From the NCBI GenBank assembly GCA_016933055.1, contig JAFGBS010000033.1, positions 30,001 to 62,000 on the forward strand: a stretch of 32,000 bases of DNA, written 5' to 3'. Position numbers and translations under genes: made by a program. The notes under the pieces were generated by a model that was given only the letters and a program-made list of their open reading frames with translations, ran no database searches and was not told the origin of the DNA. Below are positions 25,871 through 32,000 of the stretch, one piece after another (within the stretch, counting starts at the first letter, position 1; every line of letters begins with the position of its first letter). The stretch comes from Promethearchaeota archaeon. GTDB lineage: Archaea > Asgardarchaeota > Lokiarchaeia > Sigyniarchaeales > Promethearchaeaceae.

Positions 25871-26287
25871 CTACGAAAAGGTTTCTAATATTTCTTCAAT
25901 TGCGGTCCGTATTTTTTCGGTTGGTTGATGTAACAATGATTGGATCAATACCTCTTTATCATTGGAACAAATGCTCCCAAAATAACCAAATAGTTTCTCT
26001 AAGTAACGTTTTCTTTCTATTAGGTCATTAGGAATGTTTAAAAGTATTGATTTAATAAATTGAACTGTGTTTTTCGGTTCGTTAGGAATTAAAGTTTCAG
26101 CTTTTTGAATTTGGTATTCACTTTTTATTATGTCATATTTTTGAAGACGCTTGAAATAATCCCTATTTATCATTGTAATTCTATTGGGGATCGAATCTTT
26201 TGATATAAGTCGTAATAATGATAATATCTCGGACTCGATCTTTTTTATCTGCAACTCTATTTCTTCCAAGTCAAAATTTTCTAGCAT
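25871..26287 (-). CDS. Hypothetical alpha-helical protein
   Basis: 138-aa ORF with an ATG start, convergent on the GTPase gene with a 3-bp gap. Confidence 0.6.
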   Translation of the reverse strand: MLENFDLEEIELQIKKIESEILSLLRLISKDSIPNRITMINRDYFKRLQKYDIIKSEYQIQKAETLIPNEPKNTVQFIKSILLNIPNDLIERKRYLEKLFGYFGSICSNDKEVLIQSLLHQPTEKIRTAIEEILETFS

Positions 26288-26402
26288 GAGTAGGAATTTA
26301 GTATAAACTCAAAAATAAATGCTTTTTGCACTAATGAATGATTTACTGCATTATCTTACTAAAAAACAGCTAAAAAGAGGAAAAGATGAAGATGTGTTAT
26401 GT

Positions 26403-27008
26403 TTAATATACTAATTCAAAATCATAGATTTGCTGGATTAAGTTTTTCAAAGAGTTTTCAAGATGCTCTACTGAACGGATTCCTAAACAAATAATTTTGG
26501 AATTCGAGAATAATAAGAACGCACCACCTTCTTCCAAATCTCGGATGATGGCTGCGGGAAACTGCTCAGGTTCATATATGCAATTCATTAAAGTAAGGCA
26601 AGCCATTTCTAAATTAATTCTTTTATTTAAATTAGTCATAGCAACAAAATTTTGGATGGATATTGCGAATTCAGTATATTTAATCCGTGCTTTAGTAAGT
26701 ACTTTCTCGATTTGCTGCTTTATCTCAGGAATTTGGTCTTCACGTTTCAATCCAGTTATAATCATTTTCCCATTTTTGAAAATTATTACAGACACATCAC
26801 CAACTTTAAATAACACACATGGGAAACGATTGAGAGATCGAACATCAATGACGGCTTCAATTTTTGTAAAATCAATATCTTCTTGCTTATTTTCTAATTC
26901 GAGAATACCAAGCGCTACAATATTAGTAATGCGATAAGTAAACTCAATTTCCTGAGAAAGCTCGGAATTTTCCACGTAAAGTGTTGTATATTCGGAATAT
27001 TGCTCCAT
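26403..27008 (-). CDS. tbp: Divergent TATA-box-binding protein (TBP) paralog
   Basis: Two TBP repeats: ITNIVA...RFP...IIFKNGKMIITG and IQNFVA...YEPEQFPA...LLFSNSKIICLG. The start is likely the ATG at 27008 (ORF track uses TTG at 27023). Confidence 0.88.
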   Translation of the reverse strand: MEQYSEYTTLYVENSELSQEIEFTYRITNIVALGILELENKQEDIDFTKIEAVIDVRSLNRFPCVLFKVGDVSVIIFKNGKMIITGLKREDQIPEIKQQIEKVLTKARIKYTEFAISIQNFVAMTNLNKRINLEMACLTLMNCIYEPEQFPAAIIRDLEEGGAFLLFSNSKIICLGIRSVEHLENSLKNLIQQIYDFELVY

Positions 27009-27244
27009 TATTTTACCCTTCAATTTGGTTTAAGTCAATTCATCTAATTTTGTCGATAATTTGAAACACATAATTTTACTCTTATTACTTATTATGAGCA
27101 TTTTTGTTAGAAACATTACAATGCTTTTTCTGATAACATTTTAAAGTCCATTGATCTTCTATTTCTGTTGATCTTATAAAGATCTTTGAACACCATTTAT
27201 TTCGATATTTTTTTATATTGGATATTATCTGGATAATACATTTT

Positions 27245-27289
27245 GTCGCATTTAATTCTTCTTTAGTCGACTTTTGCCGAGTAAAGTCG
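27245..27289. repeat. Phased GTCG/GCCG boxes (10-bp period) with an embedded inverted repeat
   Basis: GTCG at 27245, 27266 and 27286, GCCG at 27276. Inverted repeat CGACTTT-N8-AAAGTCG at 27268-27289. Confidence 0.45.
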
Positions 27290-27441
27290 CCGATTATACG
27301 GTCATTCAAACACAAGAAAAATCGTCGAATCAGTGAATCTAAGCCAATTTTTTAATGTTGTTATATGATCTCATATATTTAAATGCCACTACTAATCAGA
27401 AATCATTAGGTTAATATCTAAACGTTAATTCGATTAAGAGA

Positions 27442-28764
27442 ATGTCACCCGATCGACAAAAGAGAATATTATTCCAAAATCCGATATGGGGATTAGGATC
27501 TTTTCAAGCACTTGCGATGTTTAGGCGTGGACTCTTTTATACTTTTTTATCGATCTACTTGCGCAACTTCTTGGGTTTAACTGTCACAGCGACATCGCTC
27601 TATGCTACTATTCCAATGATTCTCAGTGTTATTGGACAGAATCTTATATGGGGACCTCTTTCAGATCGATTTCAAAGAAGGAGAACATTGATTATTACGG
27701 GAGAAGTTATTGCGGGGATAATGTTAATTCTTGTTTGGTATCTTCATACTATCCCAACTTCCCAAATCATCGCTGGATACATCATCATTATCGGATTGAC
27801 TGCTACCGAATTGTTTTGGTCTATGTCGAATATTGGGTGGTCTGCATTAATAAGTGATCTATATCCATCCAAGAAAAGGACGAGAATAATGGGATGGTTA
27901 AACAGTATTGGAGGAATTGGTCGAATCATTGGCGCAACATTGGGGGGATTTTTTTATGACTTAAATGGTCAACAATACGAAGGATGGGGATTTGAACAGG
28001 GGCTATTATTTTTTGTCGCCTCAGGGATTATGTTTTTATCCATAATTCCCATGAGTTTTACACCTGAAGGGGGAAAATCTTCATCTACCCCAGAACAAAT
28101 TCCACAAGAAGAGCCAGTATTAAATCTGGATCCCCTTTTAATTCGCAAAATTTATCTCATCTTTGTCATATCTCTCATTTTCATTAATTTTGGAAGAAAT
28201 TCCATTACTACCATCCAATCTCAGTATCTTACCTTAGATTCTGGATTTGATGTCACATCTCGAATCCTAGGTAGAATTGCTAATATGCGCTCCATTGCAA
28301 TGATTATATTGGGTTTAGTAACAGGTTGGATATGTAAAAAAATTGGTGAGGATATTGCTGTTATTTTTGGAGCCCTAATTGGTATTATTTCCTTACTACT
28401 ATTTGCATCACCAGTGGGTATTAACTCTATCTATGGTGCTAGTGTCGGTTTAGGTGTTTCAGATCTGGTAGTCTCTGCTGCTTCCTATACTTATGCATCC
28501 AAACTAATTCCTTATGAGAAACGGGCTCGTTTGTTCGCTGTATATAATGCTACGTTCTTCTTGTCGTGGGGGCTTTCGGGAACCTTATTCTTAGCTCCTA
28601 TTGTCGATCTATTGCTAGTTCGAGGGTATTCAGAAATATTTGCTTATCGTGTAAGTTTTCTTATAGCGGCAGGTATTACATTAATAGGATTTGGTATCTT
28701 CCTGGGTCTAGTAATTTTCACTAAAAAAAAGCAATACCGAAAAGAAATAATAAATCTGTTTTAA
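27442..28764 (+). CDS. MFS transporter
   Basis: WGPLSDRFQRRR motif A, SALISDLYP..KR, about 12 TM segments and P.EKRARLF.VYN. Confidence 0.92.
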   Translation: MSPDRQKRILFQNPIWGLGSFQALAMFRRGLFYTFLSIYLRNFLGLTVTATSLYATIPMILSVIGQNLIWGPLSDRFQRRRTLIITGEVIAGIMLILVWYLHTIPTSQIIAGYIIIIGLTATELFWSMSNIGWSALISDLYPSKKRTRIMGWLNSIGGIGRIIGATLGGFFYDLNGQQYEGWGFEQGLLFFVASGIMFLSIIPMSFTPEGGKSSSTPEQIPQEEPVLNLDPLLIRKIYLIFVISLIFINFGRNSITTIQSQYLTLDSGFDVTSRILGRIANMRSIAMIILGLVTGWICKKIGEDIAVIFGALIGIISLLLFASPVGINSIYGASVGLGVSDLVVSAASYTYASKLIPYEKRARLFAVYNATFFLSWGLSGTLFLAPIVDLLLVRGYSEIFAYRVSFLIAAGITLIGFGIFLGLVIFTKKKQYRKEIINLF

Positions 28765-30566
28765 TCTACTTTTTTATTTAATAAACCGTGATTGCTTCCT
28801 TCGTAAATTACAGAACCTTTTACAGATTTCATATCGCTAAATGAAGTTACTTCTGCAGTAATTTTTTGGTTTGGATCAGAATTCATGTACACAATTTTAT
28901 CAAAATATGGCAATTCGATTGTGATTTTTGTTCCTAATAGTAATTCGGGTAAGTGTGGCTCCAAAGTTATTTCATTTTTTTGGAAATGAATACCTAAAAC
29001 ATCTTCGATTAGCATCGTATTCGATAATCCCGTCCACCCAACAAAATTTTTCACGGGTTTTCCTCCGATGGTGATTTGTTTATATAAATTTCCCTTCTTT
29101 CGAGTTAATTCATTTATCCTATATGCATCCGAATCATAAAACTCATAAATAGATCCCTCATTTCTGTAGGTTTGGGCAATCCCATTCACTAATTTAAAAG
29201 CCAATTCTCCCGCGAGTTTGTTTTCTCCATATTTTTCAAGACTTTTCACTCCTACATATGCCGTATTTATCCAAACTGCTCCCCTCCAACAATCTTTCAT
29301 AAAATCGGGATAATTCCGAGCAACAGAGGGAAATGGAATCACTGTGTTAAATGTGTATTCATCCTTGATATGTGCAATTAATTTCCTTGCTTGTTCTTCA
29401 TCAGGTATTTCAGCAAACATAGGAAAGATTGATGCAATTGTGGGGATTTTGCTAAGTTCTTTTTTTAGGTAATCATAATCATAATACAAACCAGTTTTTT
29501 CATCCCAGAGATATTTATTAATTAAATGTTTGAGTTTCTCTCTTTGGTCGACAAAATATTTTGAATCTTCTATATAACCGAGTTTCTCCGCTATTTTCGC
29601 TAGACAATCATTTTGTAAAACCATCCATGTATTAAAGTCCACTGCCCAGAGATGATCGATATTGTACTTTAATTTCTCAGAGCGGTCGGTAAAGCGGGGG
29701 CTATTATCAATACCCGATTCATATGAATGTTTCCATACAAACAAGCCGTTTTTTCGGCGATACTCATATAAAAAGCGATGGAAGCGAGTTAATTTGGGGT
29801 ATAGTTCTTCCAAAACCTGAAACTCATCATCCATTTCCGCTGCTTTTAGTAAAGCCCAAGCGAGAAGGGGGGGATTTGTGATTACATAGTAGGGGCGTTT
29901 TCCATAGGTTATATTTTGGGGACACTGGCCTTCTTCGGATTGTAAGTCTAAGAATACTCTTAAGATTTCTCTGGCGATTTTTGGATCCCAAACTCTCCAA
30001 ATTCCGCTAATAAAAGCCGAATCCCATAAATATGGATGGCCATACGGACCTCCAGGAATGCTAAATACATTGTTTATCTTTCCAAAGGGATGGATTAGGT
30101 TTATGTCCAATAATTCATAGATTTTATCAAATGTAGAAACCAATGCTGAATATTCTTCAATATTATCTCCATTTTTGATGGATAGTTTTGGAGGATTTAC
30201 AGGCTCTCTAAATGGTTTTGGCAAGATGGATACATATTTCCATATTTTAGTGGAAATAAATCCACATACCGCAATTATCACTAATTCCATCAAAATTAAT
30301 AACACACGAATTCCCATATTAGCGGGGATCCATGAATACAGTACAAGCAATATATACAGTGTAATATTAATACCTAGAATTGTAGCAAAAACGAGAAACG
30401 GTGCATATCCAAAAATACGAATCAGTGTGAATAATTTAGATTCCTTTAATTGTGCGAGCGCTTTGTTTCTAAACCGTTGCTTCACTTTAAGGAGCATTAA
30501 ATTAATAATACCGATAAATACTCCAATGACCAAACTAAGAACGAGTATTAAACCTATATTATCCAT
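28761..30566 (-). CDS. GH63-like (alpha/alpha)6 glycoside hydrolase with three N-terminal TM helices
   Basis: YLWDSAF, NPPLLAW, ESGIDNSPRF (acid Asp), WRGAVW, IYEFY (base Glu) and GWT. The first 100 aa or so form three hydrophobic helices. Confidence 0.85.
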   Translation of the reverse strand: MDNIGLILVLSLVIGVFIGIINLMLLKVKQRFRNKALAQLKESKLFTLIRIFGYAPFLVFATILGINITLYILLVLYSWIPANMGIRVLLILMELVIIAVCGFISTKIWKYVSILPKPFREPVNPPKLSIKNGDNIEEYSALVSTFDKIYELLDINLIHPFGKINNVFSIPGGPYGHPYLWDSAFISGIWRVWDPKIAREILRVFLDLQSEEGQCPQNITYGKRPYYVITNPPLLAWALLKAAEMDDEFQVLEELYPKLTRFHRFLYEYRRKNGLFVWKHSYESGIDNSPRFTDRSEKLKYNIDHLWAVDFNTWMVLQNDCLAKIAEKLGYIEDSKYFVDQREKLKHLINKYLWDEKTGLYYDYDYLKKELSKIPTIASIFPMFAEIPDEEQARKLIAHIKDEYTFNTVIPFPSVARNYPDFMKDCWRGAVWINTAYVGVKSLEKYGENKLAGELAFKLVNGIAQTYRNEGSIYEFYDSDAYRINELTRKKGNLYKQITIGGKPVKNFVGWTGLSNTMLIEDVLGIHFQKNEITLEPHLPELLLGTKITIELPYFDKIVYMNSDPNQKITAEVTSFSDMKSVKGSVIYEGSNHGLLNKKVD

Positions 30567-30652
30567 GTGGTTGTTTTAATAACACATTAAAAAAAATGTT
30601 AGTGTTATACTAATTGGAAGAGTTTTTTTAGGGATAAGGATTTTCCTTATGT

Positions 30653-31015
30653 ATGTTCCGAAAACGAATCAAACAGATATTTGAGCCCTATATGGGAATA
30701 CCCATCGTAAAATATGCTCCAAATGTAAATTTTTTCGGGCAAGAATCTAAGGGATTGGGACAAGTGCGGGGAAATGGAAGTTTAATCTTAACGGATTCTG
30801 AACTCTATTTTGAGATGTGGTGGCCTAATCGAAGCTTACGAATCCCTCGACAGATTATTACCAAAATTGAAACTCCAAAATGGCACTTGAAAAAAACAAA
30901 GGGCACACCCCTATTAAAGGTATACTTTATCAATAATCAAGGAAAGCAGGATTCTGCTGCTTGGATTGTACCAGATTTGCAAAATTGGGTTAGCATCTTA
31001 ATTGGAAAATTCTAG
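30653..31015 (+). CDS. Hypothetical protein, PH/GRAM-like fold candidate
   Basis: G.L.LTD..LYF.......L.IP...I..IE beta pattern and a C-terminal W...L helix. Confidence 0.7.
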   Translation: MFRKRIKQIFEPYMGIPIVKYAPNVNFFGQESKGLGQVRGNGSLILTDSELYFEMWWPNRSLRIPRQIITKIETPKWHLKKTKGTPLLKVYFINNQGKQDSAAWIVPDLQNWVSILIGKF

Positions 31016-31018
31016 ATT

Positions 31019-32000
31019 TTATTTATGTTTTTTCAATCGTAATAAAGCTCTACTTTTATCTCGTATTGCAGCGGCGAGTTGAACTGTTTCCGAGACAGTA
31101 GCTGATAGCGGAATATGAAATAATTCTAATGACTCTCGGATTAAATCATATTTTTCAATATATGGCACGAAACAAACTAATGGTTTAGTTGGATATTTCC
31201 GAGCTGTAATCGCTATTCTTCTTCCTATTTGCACACTAATCTGAGGAGGATAGGGCACCACGATGCATAGAACGATTTCGACTTTCTCTAATTGCATTAA
31301 ATAATCGAGAACGCCGATGATGTCTGCATCCGTACCTGCTCCTGTGATATCAATGGGATTACTAAAACCCCCAATATCAGCTACAGTTGATGTTACACGT
31401 GCTCGCATCTCTTCTTGCTCATGTTCAGTGAATTGGACTAATTCTAAGTCGTATTTGTGTAATAAATCAGAACATACAACACCATGACCTCCTGAAACTG
31501 ATAGAATAGCAACTTTTCCAGATAGACGTTTGTCCAAACGAATCGGCTTCTTGGAAGAAGCGAGAACAGAATAGGTTTTTATGTAATTCAGCACTTCCAT
31601 TTCAGTAATAGGTTGGAGAATTCCATACTGTTTAAAAGCAGATCTAGCCACCTCGAAATTTGTTGCAATACTAGCCGTATGGGATTGAATGGCAGACTTG
31701 CTTGCTTCGGTGGTCCCTCCCGAATAAATAACGATGTCTTTCTTCGTTTTTTTTGACGATTCTAAAAATTGTCTCCCTTCACCCGGTCCAAAACCCTCTA
31801 AATAAAACGAGATTACATCTGTTTCCTTGTCCTCCGCATAATATTCCAGCATATGTACTTCATTGATCACTGCTTTATTTCCGACAGAGACCGCAGAAGA
31901 AACTCCAATTTCCCGAGATTTGAACGCAAGAAAGAATTGATCTAGTAAGATCCCTCCACTTTGAGATACTATACTGACATTACCTTTCGGGGGAAAAACT
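31019..32000 (-). CDS. ADP-forming acyl-CoA synthetase alpha-type subunit (5' part outside window)
   Basis: The frame stays open to the window end (VFPPKGNVSIVSQSGG...VSVGNKAV). It also has FYLEG, SHTASIA (phospho-His), SGGHGVV..D and NPIDITG. Confidence 0.9.
   Translation of the reverse strand, partial: VFPPKGNVSIVSQSGGILLDQFFLAFKSREIGVSSAVSVGNKAVINEVHMLEYYAEDKETDVISFYLEGFGPGEGRQFLESSKKTKKDIVIYSGGTTEASKSAIQSHTASIATNFEVARSAFKQYGILQPITEMEVLNYIKTYSVLASSKKPIRLDKRLSGKVAILSVSGGHGVVCSDLLHKYDLELVQFTEHEQEEMRARVTSTVADIGGFSNPIDITGAGTDADIIGVLDYLMQLEKVEIVLCIVVPYPPQISVQIGRRIAITARKYPTKPLVCFVPYIEKYDLIRESLELFHIPLSATVSETVQLAAAIRDKSRALLRLKKHK

Noticed and set aside
27085-27315. 76-aa minus-strand ORF upstream of TBP
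   Set aside because: TTG/GTG-type start, no motif, and it overlaps the GTCG box array. It is more likely non-coding.
1-32000. CRISPR arrays, tRNA/rRNA genes, selenoprotein UGA read-through
   Set aside because: No regularly spaced repeats with spacers, no T-arm (GTTCRA) cloverleafs or rRNA signatures seen, and no gene showing an in-frame TGA at a Cys position.

Overview
AT-rich, densely coding archaeal DNA, most consistent with an Asgard archaeon (Lokiarchaeia/Promethearchaeota-like). This is inferred from a Roadblock-Rab-like GTPase fusion, a folliculin/SMCR8-type uDENN/longin protein, an archaeal-type TBP paralog, an ADP-forming acyl-CoA synthetase and oligo-T terminators. The left half (651-15931) is a carbohydrate/amine catabolism island. 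It has three MFS transporters, a YdjC deacetylase, a kinase-like DUF6206-type protein and a class III aminotransferase. It also has a tight 7-gene + strand operon (GPH transporter, GH38-like hydrolase, RraA-type aldolase, extended SDR, MBL hydrolase, IlvD/Edd dehydratase, LarA-family epimerase) that could form a complete oxidative sugar-acid pathway. The middle holds a class II Fic gene beside a 630-bp intergenic region rich in symmetry: two copies of an 11-bp inverted repeat with an exact 30-bp spacer, a 24-bp palindrome and many hairpins. The right part has a UDP-glucose dehydrogenase, a dehydratase activase, the GTPase fusion, a divergent TBP, an MFS transporter, a membrane-anchored GH63 and a partial acyl-CoA synthetase. 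I saw no rRNA, tRNA, CRISPR array or intact transposase. All family assignments come from motifs recognised by eye; no database searches were run.
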